Assembly (NCBI GenBank): GCA_900316685.1
Contig: ONDS01000012.1
Coordinates: 9,920-73,919 of the forward strand
From: an uncultured Prevotellaceae bacterium
GTDB taxonomy: Bacteria; Bacteroidota; Bacteroidia; Bacteroidales; Bacteroidaceae
Direction of reading: 5' to 3'
DNA length: 64,000 nucleotides
Part shown: one piece after another, positions 20,051 to 30,238 of the stretch
Numbering within the stretch: the stretch's first letter is position 1
How the letters are laid out: each line of letters begins with the position of its first letter
Made by a program: the position numbers and the translations under genes
The notes under the pieces: generated by a model
What the model was told of the DNA's origin: nothing
Seen by the model: the letters and a program-made list of their open reading frames with translations, nothing else
Databases searched by the model: none

Positions 20051-20767
20051 CTAAGAACCCTCAACGCTCAGCCCTAAAAGCCCATATAGCTCCTTCATAC
20101 CTTCGGAGGCACCTTTCTGTATGTGGGTTACCCTGGATATACCTACTTTCACATCTCCCGGGTCTATCAGATAGATAGGACAGCTGCTCGGTGCATAATG
20201 AAGCAGTCCGGCGGCGGGATAGACCACCAACGAGGTACCTATCACGATGAGTATGTCGGCCATCTGTGTGGCTTGGGCGGCTTTCTCTATCATCGGCACC
20301 GCCTCGTTGAAGAACACGATGTGCGGACGGAGCAGCGACCCGTCGCCGGCCTTCTCGCCGGGGGCTACATCGAGATTGGGAGCCTCAAGGGTGCGGATAT
20401 AACGGCTGTCCCATGGGTCGCGCGATGAACAGACCTTCATCAACTCGCCATGCAGGTGGATCACATTTGTGCTGCCCGCCACTTCGTGCAGGTTGTCGAC
20501 GTTCTGCGTCACCACATCCACGTCATACCAACGTTCCAGACCAGCCACCAAACGATGACCCTCATTAGGTTTGGTACCTTGGCATTTCTTGCGCAGCATA
20601 TTATAAAAGCTGTTCACATACTCGGGGTCGCGCAACCACCCCTCATGGGTGGCCACACGCGACACGGGATGTTCTTCCCACAACCCATCGGCATCGCGGA
20701 AGGTTCTCAGCCCACTCTCCACCGACATGCCCGCACCGGTGAGCACCACAATTTTTTTCTTTTCCAT
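20051..20767 (-). CDS. cobB: Sir2-family NAD-dependent deacylase
   Basis: LTGAGMSVESG, TFRD, TQNVDNLHE, HLHG, RPHIVFF, GTSLVVYPAA. Confidence 0.92.
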   Translation of the reverse strand: MEKKKIVVLTGAGMSVESGLRTFRDADGLWEEHPVSRVATHEGWLRDPEYVNSFYNMLRKKCQGTKPNEGHRLVAGLERWYDVDVVTQNVDNLHEVAGSTNVIHLHGELMKVCSSRDPWDSRYIRTLEAPNLDVAPGEKAGDGSLLRPHIVFFNEAVPMIEKAAQATQMADILIVIGTSLVVYPAAGLLHYAPSSCPIYLIDPGDVKVGISRVTHIQKGASEGMKELYGLLGLSVEGS

Positions 20768-20874
20768 AGCTTTTTCTTTTTTGTTGAAACAAAATGATGG
20801 ATTAACAATGTACAAAAATAGTATTTTTTTCTAAATAAACAAAACCGAAGAGTGAAAAAACGTAATTTTGAGAT

Positions 20875-20945
20875 AGTTAGGCCGCACCTCAAATAAAAAA
20901 AAGAACAAGTTCTTTTTGTTTTGTCTTCGGTTTGCACTAACTTTG
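20875..20945 (+). promoter_or_regulatory. Hairpin element ending in a -7 promoter box
   Basis: AGTTAG...CTAACT arms; TAACTTTG 20938-20945; homologous to the middle unit of the array at 34411-34700. Confidence 0.65.
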
Positions 20946-20973
20946 CACGCTGAAAAAAAACATAGAGAAAGCA

Positions 20974-21582
20974 ATGATGGATAAATTAAGCTATGCCCTC
21001 GGCCTCGGAATAGGTCAGCAGTTGGCACAAATGGGTACGAACGACCTGAACATTAAAGAATTTGCGGCAGCCATCGACGATGTGCTCAAAGGTAAGGAAC
21101 TGAAGATGTCGCACCGCGACGCACAAGTGGTCGTACAAGACTATTTCCGCAAACAAGAAGAGAAACTCGAAGCCGAGCGCAGGGCGCAAGGCAAGGTGGC
21201 CAAGGAGGCTGGCGAGAAATACCTGGCCGACAACGCCAAGCGTGAAGGCATAGTCACCCTGCCCAGCGGCCTCCAATACCAGGTGCTGCGCGAGGGCAAC
21301 GGCCGCAAGCCGAAAGCCACCGACCAGGTGAAATGCCACTATGAGGGTTTCCTCATCGATGGCACGGTGTTCGACAGCAGCGTACAGCGCGGTGAACCCG
21401 CCACCTTCGGCCTTGACCAGGTCATCACCGGATGGACCGAGGGTCTGCAACTCATGCAGGAAGGAGCGAAATACCGTTTCTTCATCCCCTACCGTCTGGG
21501 TTACGGCGAGCGTGGTGCCGGTGCCTCCATCCCACCCTTCTCAGCCCTCATCTTCGATGTGGAACTGATAGAAGTGAAATAA
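20974..21582 (+). CDS. FKBP-type peptidyl-prolyl isomerase
   Basis: DKLSYALG N-domain; SGLQY, HYEG, FDSS, VITGWTEG, IP...GYG. Confidence 0.95.
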   Translation: MMDKLSYALGLGIGQQLAQMGTNDLNIKEFAAAIDDVLKGKELKMSHRDAQVVVQDYFRKQEEKLEAERRAQGKVAKEAGEKYLADNAKREGIVTLPSGLQYQVLREGNGRKPKATDQVKCHYEGFLIDGTVFDSSVQRGEPATFGLDQVITGWTEGLQLMQEGAKYRFFIPYRLGYGERGAGASIPPFSALIFDVELIEVK

Positions 21583-21667
21583 ATACCCACCCCGTCCCTC
21601 CCCCAAACTCCTGAACTCCCAAACTCCCAAGATAACTCATAAACTTATATAATTCATAAAGGGAAAA

Positions 21668-22582
21668 ATGAAAAAAATCTTATTCTTTGCTGCCACTATC
21701 ATCTCTGCAGCAACATTCGTATCTTGCGGCAGCCGTTCTGCCGACTTGAAAACAGACGTTGACACCTTGAGCTATGCCATCGGTGTGGCCAATGGTGCAC
21801 AGATGAAAGATTACCTCATGCAACAAGGTATCGACACCGCCTATATCGACGAGTTCATCAAAGGCTTCGACGAGGGTGTGCAGGCTGCCGGCGACAAGAA
21901 GAAGGCCGCTTATCTGCAAGGTCTTCAGATTGGCCGTCAGATGTCCGAAGGCATTAACAACTCCATCTTCGCTGGCGACAGCACTCAGCACGTGTCTTAC
22001 AACAACTTGGTGGCTGGACTGAAGGATGCCGTCAAGGGCAAGTCGAGCATCAAGCCCGACAGTGCCATGAAGATGATCGACCCGCTGGCCGAGAGAGTAC
22101 ACGAGGGCGTAGTGGCCAAGAAATACAAGAAAGAAAAGGAAGAGGGTGAGAAGTGGATGGCTGCCAACGCCAAGAAAGACAGCGTGAAGACACTCCCCTC
22201 GGGTGTGCAGTACAAGGTGATTACCGAGGGTAAGGGTGCCGTTCCCGCCGACTCGATGATCGTGAAGGTTCACTATGAGGGCAAGCTCATCGACGGCACC
22301 GTGTTCGACAGTTCCGAGGGTCGCGACCCGATGACTGTTGACCTGTCTCGTCCACAAGCCGTCATCCAGGGCTTCCGCGAGGCACTGCTCCACATGCCTG
22401 TCGGCTCTACCTGGGAGGTGTATATCCCTCAACAGCTGGCTTATGGTTCTCGTGGCATGCAGAAGATCGGCCCGTTCTCTCCGCTGATTTTCAAACTTCA
22501 GTTGCTGAGCTCGGAGAAGAAGCCCAAGACGGCTGCAGCCCCCGCGCAAGCACCTATCTCCATTCCCGTCCAAAAGAAATAA
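21668..22582 (+). CDS. FKBP-type PPIase, lipoprotein
   Basis: FVS-C lipobox; DTLSYAIG; HYEGKLIDGTVFDSS. Confidence 0.93.
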   Translation: MKKILFFAATIISAATFVSCGSRSADLKTDVDTLSYAIGVANGAQMKDYLMQQGIDTAYIDEFIKGFDEGVQAAGDKKKAAYLQGLQIGRQMSEGINNSIFAGDSTQHVSYNNLVAGLKDAVKGKSSIKPDSAMKMIDPLAERVHEGVVAKKYKKEKEEGEKWMAANAKKDSVKTLPSGVQYKVITEGKGAVPADSMIVKVHYEGKLIDGTVFDSSEGRDPMTVDLSRPQAVIQGFREALLHMPVGSTWEVYIPQQLAYGSRGMQKIGPFSPLIFKLQLLSSEKKPKTAAAPAQAPISIPVQKK

Positions 22583-22591
22583 TCCGCTGAG

Positions 22592-23485
22592 ATGAGGAAA
22601 ATCATGTTACTGGCACTCGTCGTTCTGGCGAGTGCCTCTTTCAATATAGCGCTGGCCAGCGACAAGAAAGGCAAGAAGAAAGGTAAGAAGGCGCAACCCA
22701 CGCAACTCATCACCACCTACGACTCGCTGAGTTATGCCGCTGGCATGGCGGCCACCAAGGGCCTCCAGCAGTTCCTCCACCAGAACTACGGCATCGAGGA
22801 GAAAGACATGCCCGAGTTCATCAGGGGCTTCCAGGATGCCGTGTCGGCCATGAGCAATGCCCGCGCCAAGGGTTATGCCGCCGGTATCGAGGTGGCAGGC
22901 ATGGCCAACGGACGTATCCTCGCCTCGCAGGAGAAGGAGACGAATGGAGCCTACGCCGGCGACACCCTGTTCTCCGCGCTCTTCAACGAGGGCTTTGTAG
23001 CGGCCTTGCGTCATGACTACTCGCTCATCACCGACTCCGTGGCCGCCCAACTCGTGGCGGATGCCCATCATGCCACCATCGAGGCGGCGAAGCATGAGGG
23101 CGAAGTGTTCCTGGCCGAAAATAAGACCAAGGAGGGCGTCGTCGCCCTGCCCAGTGGCTTGCAGTATAAGATTCTGCGCCAGGGCAATGGTCCCATCGCC
23201 AAGGCCAACGACGAGGTGACGGTGAAATACGAGGGTCGGCTTATCAATGGCACCGTGTTCGACAGCTCGTATGAGCGCAATCCCCAAACCAGCACCTTCC
23301 GTCCTACCCAGGTCATCAAGGGATGGACTGAGGCGCTCACCCTCATGCCACAGGGTAGCAAATGGGAGCTTTACATCCCCCAAGAACTGGCCTACGGAGC
23401 CCGTCAGGCAGGCAAGATTCCCGCCTACTCACCCCTTATCTTCATTGTCGAGGTGGAAGAAGTGAAGGCTTCCGCTGGGAAATAG
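22592..23485 (+). CDS. FKBP-type PPIase, exported
   Basis: Signal peptide; DSLSYAAG; YEGRLINGTVFDSS; VIKGWTEAL. Confidence 0.93.
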   Translation: MRKIMLLALVVLASASFNIALASDKKGKKKGKKAQPTQLITTYDSLSYAAGMAATKGLQQFLHQNYGIEEKDMPEFIRGFQDAVSAMSNARAKGYAAGIEVAGMANGRILASQEKETNGAYAGDTLFSALFNEGFVAALRHDYSLITDSVAAQLVADAHHATIEAAKHEGEVFLAENKTKEGVVALPSGLQYKILRQGNGPIAKANDEVTVKYEGRLINGTVFDSSYERNPQTSTFRPTQVIKGWTEALTLMPQGSKWELYIPQELAYGARQAGKIPAYSPLIFIVEVEEVKASAGK

Positions 23486-23725
23486 GAAGAAGATAAAGTA
23501 AGATATAAGGATGATAGAGGACAATACCTGTATAGGTCATTTGTCCTCTATTTTTTTTAATCCTCACAACCAAAAGACCCCTCCAACACCATCCCCCCGA
23601 CCTTCAACCATAAGAGTCCTTAACCAAAAAAATAATCAAATTGTTGGTTATTTCATTTATTTGTTGTACTTTTGCTATCTGAATATCACCCTTTAGCCGT
23701 CAAAACGACATTATCAACTTACAAT

Positions 23726-24193
23726 ATGGAAAGAATAGACAATCTCGACAAGAAGATCCTGAGCATTCTCTCGCTCAATGCCAGGATACCCTTCAAGGAT
23801 GTGGCAGCGGAATGCAACGTATCGCGGGCAGCCATCCACCAACGCGTACAACGACTCATCGAAGACGGGGTAATCACCGGCAGCGGCTTCGATGTCAACC
23901 CCAAGAGCCTGGGCTACTCCACCTGCACTTACGTGGGCATCACCCTCGAACGCGGGTCGATGTATAAGGATGTGGTGTCACGCCTGCGCCATATCCCCGA
24001 AATCGTGGAATGCCATTTCACCACCGGTCCCTACACCATGCTGGTGAAACTCTACGCTCGCGACAACGAGCAACTGATGGAACTGCTCAACAGCCAGTTG
24101 CAGGGCATACCCGGCGTGGTGGCCACTGAAACGCTCATATCCCTGGAACAAAGCATCAAGAGAGAAATACCCGTAAAAACCGACGAAGAATAA
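23726..24193 (+). CDS. asnC: Lrp/AsnC family transcriptional regulator
   Basis: IDNLDKKIL...NARIPF HTH, ECHFTTGPY, TETLISL. Confidence 0.9.
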   Translation: MERIDNLDKKILSILSLNARIPFKDVAAECNVSRAAIHQRVQRLIEDGVITGSGFDVNPKSLGYSTCTYVGITLERGSMYKDVVSRLRHIPEIVECHFTTGPYTMLVKLYARDNEQLMELLNSQLQGIPGVVATETLISLEQSIKREIPVKTDEE

Positions 24194-24205
24194 CCAACAC
24201 ACACC

Positions 24206-26047
24206 ATGCCATCCTTTCAACTCAACGACCATCTCAACCAAATATACAAGACCTTTCCCGAAGCCAACCACCAACCCATCATCGGCATCACAGCCAACTA
24301 CGCTGATGGCGATGCCTGCCTGCGCGACAAGTATTACCAACAGGTAGTGGACGCCGGTGGCACACCCGTCATCATCCCTCCCATAGCCGAGAAAGAAGCC
24401 ATCGTCAACACCCTCGATCATCTCGACGGACTGCTGCTCACCGGCGGTGGCGACATCAATCCGCTGTGGACGGGCGAGGAGCCATCGCCCCTGTTGCACG
24501 GCATCAATGCCACACGCGACCTGCCCGAACTGCTCATCACCCGTCTGGCATATAACCGACAGATTCCCATCTTGGGTATCTGCCGCGGCATACAGACGTT
24601 GGCTGTGGCCCTCGACGGCAAGGTGACACAAGACATCGCCACGGCATGGCAGCAGAACAAGGCAGCCGTCGCCGACGACAAGAAAAAGAACAGCAAGAAA
24701 GACAAGGAGAAAGAGGCGGAAAGCACTTCCCAGTCGCTCATCAAGCATAGCCAAGACGGCGACCGCGACCTCCTCTCCCACTCCGTAAATATCCTGCCCG
24801 ACACCATGCTCCACGAGATTTACGGCACCGACCGTATCTTCGTCAACAGCTTCCACCACCAGGCGGTGGCCGACCCTGGGCAACGGTTCCATGTGACGGC
24901 AACAGCTCCCGACGGGGTGATCGAGGCCATGGAGAGCAGTGAATACAAACCCATCCTCGGTGTGCAATGGCATCCTGAATGGTTGGGCGAGGAAGGTAGG
25001 AAGCTCTTCGAGTGGCTCGTCCACCAGGCCAACAATTTCCATGTGGCGAAGAAACTGCACAGCCGCATCCTCACTCTCGACACCCATTGCGACACACCGA
25101 TGTTCTTCCCACAGGGCATCCATTTCGAGCAGCGCGACCCCCGCATCCTCGTCGACCTGCACAAGATGAACGACGGCCGTCAGGATGCGGTGATCATGGC
25201 CGCCTATCTGCCCCAGCCCAAGATGGGCGAGACCTTCTCGTCGAAGGTGGCGGTGGATGTGGCTACCCCCAAGGAGTATGCCGACAATATCTTCGACCAG
25301 ATAGAGGATATCGTGAAGAACAACCGGCGTTACCTGAGCATCGCTCGCAGTCCCGCCGAGCTCTACGAAGACAAGCGCAAAGGACGCCGGAGCATCATGT
25401 TCGCCATAGAGAACGGACTGGCGCTCAACCACGATGTGGCCAACGTGAAACATTTCGCCCAACGGGGCGTGGTGTATATCACCCTCTGCCACAACGGCGA
25501 CAACGACATCTGCGACAGTGCCAAAGGCAGCGAGACACACCATGGTGTGAGCAAGTTCGGCGAAAAGGTGATCGAGGAGATGAACCGCTACGGCATCATG
25601 GTCGACCTGAGCCATGCCGCGGAGAGCAGCTTCTACGATGCCCTCGACATCAGCTCCACGCCCATCGTGTGCAGCCACAGCAATTGCAAGGCGCTGTGCG
25701 ACGTGCCCCGCAACCTGAGCGACGACCAGCTGCGCCGATTAGCCAAGAAAGGCGGTGTGGCCCATATCACCCTCTATGGTGGGTTCTTGCGCCAGGAGGG
25801 CGAGGCTTCCATCCTTGATGCCATCGCCCACCTCGAACATGCCATCAGCATCATGGGCATCGAGCATGTGGGCTTAGGCACCGACTTCGACGGCGACGGC
25901 GGCGTGCGTGGCATGGCCGATGCCTCCGAGGTCATCAATTTCACCCTCCACCTGTTGAGAAGAAAATTCAGTGAACGCGACATCCAGAAGATCTGGGGCG
26001 GCAACTGGCTCCGTGTGATGGCGCAAGTGCAAAACATGAGAAAATGA
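24206..26047 (+). CDS. Peptidase C26 (gamma-glutamyl hydrolase-like) fused to an M19 membrane dipeptidase
   Basis: LTGGGDI, GICRG, VNSFHHQ, GVQWHPE; then DTHCD, ENG, VDLSH, SHS, GTDFDG. Confidence 0.9.
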   Translation: MPSFQLNDHLNQIYKTFPEANHQPIIGITANYADGDACLRDKYYQQVVDAGGTPVIIPPIAEKEAIVNTLDHLDGLLLTGGGDINPLWTGEEPSPLLHGINATRDLPELLITRLAYNRQIPILGICRGIQTLAVALDGKVTQDIATAWQQNKAAVADDKKKNSKKDKEKEAESTSQSLIKHSQDGDRDLLSHSVNILPDTMLHEIYGTDRIFVNSFHHQAVADPGQRFHVTATAPDGVIEAMESSEYKPILGVQWHPEWLGEEGRKLFEWLVHQANNFHVAKKLHSRILTLDTHCDTPMFFPQGIHFEQRDPRILVDLHKMNDGRQDAVIMAAYLPQPKMGETFSSKVAVDVATPKEYADNIFDQIEDIVKNNRRYLSIARSPAELYEDKRKGRRSIMFAIENGLALNHDVANVKHFAQRGVVYITLCHNGDNDICDSAKGSETHHGVSKFGEKVIEEMNRYGIMVDLSHAAESSFYDALDISSTPIVCSHSNCKALCDVPRNLSDDQLRRLAKKGGVAHITLYGGFLRQEGEASILDAIAHLEHAISIMGIEHVGLGTDFDGDGGVRGMADASEVINFTLHLLRRKFSERDIQKIWGGNWLRVMAQVQNMRK

Positions 26048-27060
26048 AAACAAGAAAACTCCTTTATATCAGTATGGCACTCATCGCCATCATGGCCTGC
26101 ACGGGTGCTTCGTGCAACAAGACCAAGAACGGTACGGGCGACACCACGTCGACCGTCACGGCACAGCCCGTAGGTCCTACCTTCAACGCCGACTCGGCCT
26201 TCGCCTTCTGCCAGGCACAATGCGACTTCGGTCCGCGTACGATGAACAGCGAGGCCCATGAGCGATGCGCACAATGGATAGCCGAGACCTTCCGTAAGTA
26301 TGGTTGCACGGTAGACTTGCAGAAAGCCACGTTGCGAGGCTACGACGCCACACCGCTGCAGAGCACCAATATCATCGCATCGGTGCATCCCGAACGCCCC
26401 TACCATGTGATGCTCTGCGCCCACTGGGACAGCCGTCCGTGGGCTGACAACGACCCCGACAGCCTGAACTGGCGCAAACCGGTGATGGCGGCCAACGACG
26501 GGGCATCGGGTGTGGGTGTGATGCTTGAGATAGCCCGTCTGCTGCAAAACGACACGACACTCAAGGTAGGTGTCGATTTCATCTGCTTCGATGCCGAAGA
26601 CTGGGGCGTGCCACAGTGGCTGCGCATCTCCTCGGAAGATTCATGGGCGTTGGGAGCACAATACTGGGCGAACAACTATCAGAAACCCACAGCCTATACC
26701 ACGCTCTACGGCATCCTGCTCGATATGGTGGGTGGACAACAAGCCCAGTTCTATCAGGAGCGTATGTCGATGGAGTTTGCACCCTCGGTGGTCGACAAGG
26801 TATGGAAGGCTGCGCGCGACGCGGGATACAGCGACTATTTCCCATTTGAATTGGGAGGTTACATCACCGACGACCATGTGCCGGTGAACCAGAAGGCAGG
26901 CATACCCACCATCGATATCATCCCCTTCTATCCCAACTGTCCGCAAGGCACCTTCGGTCCTACCTGGCACACCATCAATGATGATATGGCCCACCTCGAC
27001 AAGAACACGCTCAAGGCTGTGGGACAGACCGTCATCCAAGTGTTGTTTACCGAAGAATAA
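26044..27060 (+). CDS. M28 family lipoprotein, likely glutaminyl cyclase
   Basis: AHWDSR, ANDGASGV, FDAEDWG, LLDMVG, TDDH, WHT. Confidence 0.85.
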   Translation: MKTRKLLYISMALIAIMACTGASCNKTKNGTGDTTSTVTAQPVGPTFNADSAFAFCQAQCDFGPRTMNSEAHERCAQWIAETFRKYGCTVDLQKATLRGYDATPLQSTNIIASVHPERPYHVMLCAHWDSRPWADNDPDSLNWRKPVMAANDGASGVGVMLEIARLLQNDTTLKVGVDFICFDAEDWGVPQWLRISSEDSWALGAQYWANNYQKPTAYTTLYGILLDMVGGQQAQFYQERMSMEFAPSVVDKVWKAARDAGYSDYFPFELGGYITDDHVPVNQKAGIPTIDIIPFYPNCPQGTFGPTWHTINDDMAHLDKNTLKAVGQTVIQVLFTEE

Positions 27061-27068
27061 TCGGAATT

Positions 27069-27238
27069 TTGAGTGTTGAATGTTGAGTGTTGAATTATCG
27101 CCTAACGGCGATGATGAATTGTTGAATTAAGAATTATTTAATTCGTCACTCAACATTCAACACTCAACATTCAACATTCATAATTTAATCATCGCGAAGC
27201 GACAATTCAACATTCAACACTCAACATTCAACATTCAT
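27069..27238. repeat. Inverted heptamer tandem arrays with mini-hairpins
   Basis: (TGTTGAR)n facing two (YTCAACA)n blocks; ATCGCC-TAAC-GGCGAT and TCGC-GAA-GCGA hairpins; lies between convergent genes. Confidence 0.85.
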
Positions 27239-27888
27239 AATTGTCCTGCCTCGACAAGCAGTACCACGCGCTCGGTCAGTCGGTCGGTGCCCTCGGCATC
27301 GTACTCCTTCTTGAGCGATGCGCCGAAGGTCCAGGCAAAAGCCTGCCAGAATCCTGAGCGTATAGGACCGAGGAAAGCCTTCATGATGTCGTAGGCTGAT
27401 GAGTTACACTCACGGTTGATGAGTTTGATGAGCAGCTTGCCCTGTGAATAGGTAAGCTTCTTCATGCGCGGCTTATACGACTGGTAGATATCTTTCTCCA
27501 CCAGTTTCATGTGTGTATCTTTGGCCTTTTTGTCGGGCAAGGTCTGCAGATACTCGTACGTCTCGATGATGATCTGGTTGCACTCCTTGGCGATGGGCAG
27601 CACCTTCTTCACATTCCTGACCAGCCGGCTGTAAGCCTTCTGCTGCTTGCTTGAGGTAATCTCCATCGGCGGGTAGACATACACATTGCTCAGATCCATG
27701 AACAAGGCACTGTCGCCATCGAGCAATGTCTTTCCCACCTTCATCGTAGGCACGAAGGTGGGACTGTTCATGTCCACCTCACGGTCCTCGGGGTTGACAT
27801 GGGGCTGTTTGGGCGAACCCGTCTGGGCCCGCACACCTGTCAACAGACAGCATGTCAACAACAGCATCAACACCCTCGTCATCGTCAT
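27235..27888 (-). CDS. DUF4294 family protein
   Basis: RLVRNVKKVLP, QGKLLIKLINRE, FWQAFAWTFGASLK. Confidence 0.8.
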   Translation of the reverse strand: MTMTRVLMLLLTCCLLTGVRAQTGSPKQPHVNPEDREVDMNSPTFVPTMKVGKTLLDGDSALFMDLSNVYVYPPMEITSSKQQKAYSRLVRNVKKVLPIAKECNQIIIETYEYLQTLPDKKAKDTHMKLVEKDIYQSYKPRMKKLTYSQGKLLIKLINRECNSSAYDIMKAFLGPIRSGFWQAFAWTFGASLKKEYDAEGTDRLTERVVLLVEAGQL

Positions 27889-28051
27889 ATCATTGGTTGT
27901 TTGTGCAAAAATAATCAATATTTCGTATTACGCCCCTATCCCACCCCTTTTTTAGCATATTTTGACCGTTTTTCACGTCGTCAGCATCCACATACAATTC
28001 TTTTTCGTATATTTGCAAAAAGAATACCACCAACGAAACACCATATTGTCC

Positions 28052-30055
28052 ATGAAAAAATACATCCTACTACTCCCTACCTTGTTACTCGCCTTGGCAG
28101 TGGCTGCACAGGACGTGCCCGACACCCATCCTTGGGAAGAGGATTTCGAACAGTGGACGACCCTCGACGATAGTGAGAACGGCTCATGGGAGGAACTCTA
28201 CGAGACGCTCTGCGACCTGGAGCAGTCGCCCATCAACATCAACACCGCCACGCGGGAGCAATTACAGCAACTGCCCTTCCTCAGCGAGCGGCAGATAGAA
28301 GATATCTGTGCCTATCTATACCAATACCACCAGATGCAATCGTTGGGTGAACTGGCGATGATACCGTCCATCGACTTCGCCACGCGCCGCCTGCTCACCC
28401 ATTTCGTGACGGCGGGGGCGGTACCCCAACGAGGATGGCCCTCCTTGGCCGACATCTTCAAGCAAGGGCGGCACGAGCTGTTCATCGATGGTCGCATACC
28501 GTTCTACAAACGGCGTGGCTTCGACCAGGGCTATTTAGGCGAGCCCTACAGCCACCGTTTCCGCTATGCCTTCCGCCATTCCGACCGCGTGAGGATAGGC
28601 ATCACAGGAGCGCAGGATGCCGGAGAGCCATTCTTCAGCAAACACAACCCCTGGGGCTATGACTTCTACTCGTTCTACATCGACGTGCGCCACCTCGGAG
28701 TGCTTGAGCAACTCACCGTAGGCCGCTTCCGCGTGTCGACAGGCATGGGTCTGGTACTCAACAACCAGTTCAGCGTGGGCAAGCTCATGTCGACCAACAC
28801 GGCGGGCAGCACGGGCAATGTCATCCGTCCCCATGCCTCCAACTACGATGGCGACTACCTGCAAGGAGCCGCCGCCACTCTGCAGTTCGGGCGGCATGTG
28901 GCCATCACCGTCTTCGCCTCGTATCGGGGCATTGACGGCACCTTGGCAGACAACGGCGAGGATATCACCACCATCGTGCGCACCGGTTACCATCGCACTA
29001 CCACCGAGATAGACAAGAAGAACAACACCCATGAGACCATGGCGGGCACACATATCGGCTATACCGGTGGCGGGTGGCACCTCGGCGTGACCGCCACCTA
29101 CTCCCACCTCGACCGTGACCTGCGCCCTAACACCAGTGCTGTCTACCGCCGTTACTATCCTGCGGGCAACGACTTCTGGAACGTCAGTGCCGACTATGGC
29201 TACACCGCCCACCGCATCAGCATCAGCGGCGAGACGGCAACGGGCAAGGACGGCGGCATCGCCACCATCAACAGCATCAACTACCAGGCCGCCGACCGTC
29301 TCACCCTCACCCTGCTCCACCGCTATTATGCCGCCAAATACCAGGCGCTACATGCCAACAGTTTCAGCGAGGGAGGGCGCACACAGAACGAGCACGGCGT
29401 GTATCTTGGTGCGCGGTGGAACCCCTCCGACCACCTGTTGCTGCAAGCCTATACCGACTACGCCCACTTCGAGCAGCCGCGCTTCATCGCCTCGGAGGCG
29501 TCGAACAGTTGGGACAATATGGTGCAGGCCACCGTCAACCACGGCTCGTGCTCCTGGACAGCACGCTACCGCCTGCGCTACCGCCAACGCGACAACAGCG
29601 AGAAGAAAGCTCTCATCAACCAATGGGAACAGCGGGGAAGGCTCGCCTTCACCTACGACGGGGGTATGTGGAAAAGCACCACGCAGGGCGATATGGCCCA
29701 CTCACAATACGAGGACGGCAGTTTCGGATGGATGGTCAGCGAACGGCTCCAAGCCCAAGTGGGCAAGATATGCCAGTTGGCGGCCTCGGTGGGCTATTTC
29801 CACACCGATGACAACGACAGCCGCATCTACACCATGGAACCGGGGTTGCTCTATCGTTTCTCCTTCCCCTCGTTCGAGGGCGAGGGCCTACGCGCCACCT
29901 TTGTGGCACGCATCGACCCCACCCCGCGGTTGGCGCTCATCGCCCGCGTGCAGCACACCAACTATTTCGATCGCGACCATATCTCAAGCGGCCTGCAGCA
30001 GATAGACCACTCCTCGATGACCGACCTGCAACTGCAAGTCAGGTGGAAGTTCTAA
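28052..30055 (+). CDS. Helix-hairpin-helix (ComEA-like) domain outer-membrane protein
   Basis: Signal peptide; PININTATREQLQQLPFL HhH; beta-strand-rich remainder ending VRWKF. Confidence 0.8.
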   Translation: MKKYILLLPTLLLALAVAAQDVPDTHPWEEDFEQWTTLDDSENGSWEELYETLCDLEQSPININTATREQLQQLPFLSERQIEDICAYLYQYHQMQSLGELAMIPSIDFATRRLLTHFVTAGAVPQRGWPSLADIFKQGRHELFIDGRIPFYKRRGFDQGYLGEPYSHRFRYAFRHSDRVRIGITGAQDAGEPFFSKHNPWGYDFYSFYIDVRHLGVLEQLTVGRFRVSTGMGLVLNNQFSVGKLMSTNTAGSTGNVIRPHASNYDGDYLQGAAATLQFGRHVAITVFASYRGIDGTLADNGEDITTIVRTGYHRTTTEIDKKNNTHETMAGTHIGYTGGGWHLGVTATYSHLDRDLRPNTSAVYRRYYPAGNDFWNVSADYGYTAHRISISGETATGKDGGIATINSINYQAADRLTLTLLHRYYAAKYQALHANSFSEGGRTQNEHGVYLGARWNPSDHLLLQAYTDYAHFEQPRFIASEASNSWDNMVQATVNHGSCSWTARYRLRYRQRDNSEKKALINQWEQRGRLAFTYDGGMWKSTTQGDMAHSQYEDGSFGWMVSERLQAQVGKICQLAASVGYFHTDDNDSRIYTMEPGLLYRFSFPSFEGEGLRATFVARIDPTPRLALIARVQHTNYFDRDHISSGLQQIDHSSMTDLQLQVRWKF

Positions 30056-30080
30056 AGCGCCTATCTTATATTGGTTGGTA

Positions 30081-30113
30081 GTAGGGGCGGTGCCACCGTG
30101 CCCGCCCGCAAAA
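30081..30113 (+). repeat. GTAG-type REP element
   Basis: GTAGGGGCGGTGCCACCGTGCCCGCCCGCAAAA. Confidence 0.75.
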
Positions 30114-30238
30114 AATAAATCAAAATTGATGTATCTATATGGAAGGAAATTACATGCTCGGTCGATTTGCAATCCAACCGCTTAGAGTATCAGCACTTGC
30201 ATTGCGAACGATTACCGAACACGAAATGCATGTATTCT

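Noticed and set aside
20974-24193. Three tandem FKBP genes plus asnC as a novel system
   Set aside because: FKBP genes next to asnC are an ordinary Bacteroidales arrangement; the extra copy looks like simple paralogy
23978-25678. Long antisense ORFs (also 109-1170, 14771-15730, 48982-50064, 51959-52891, 61924-62919)
   Set aside because: They shadow well-supported genes on the opposite strand, as expected from codon bias, and show no recognisable motifs
30158-30210. Degenerate palindrome CGGTCGATTTGCAATCCAACCG downstream of CHAT copy 2
   Set aside because: Possibly another REP-like relic, but it is a single imperfect copy in the window and cannot be supported
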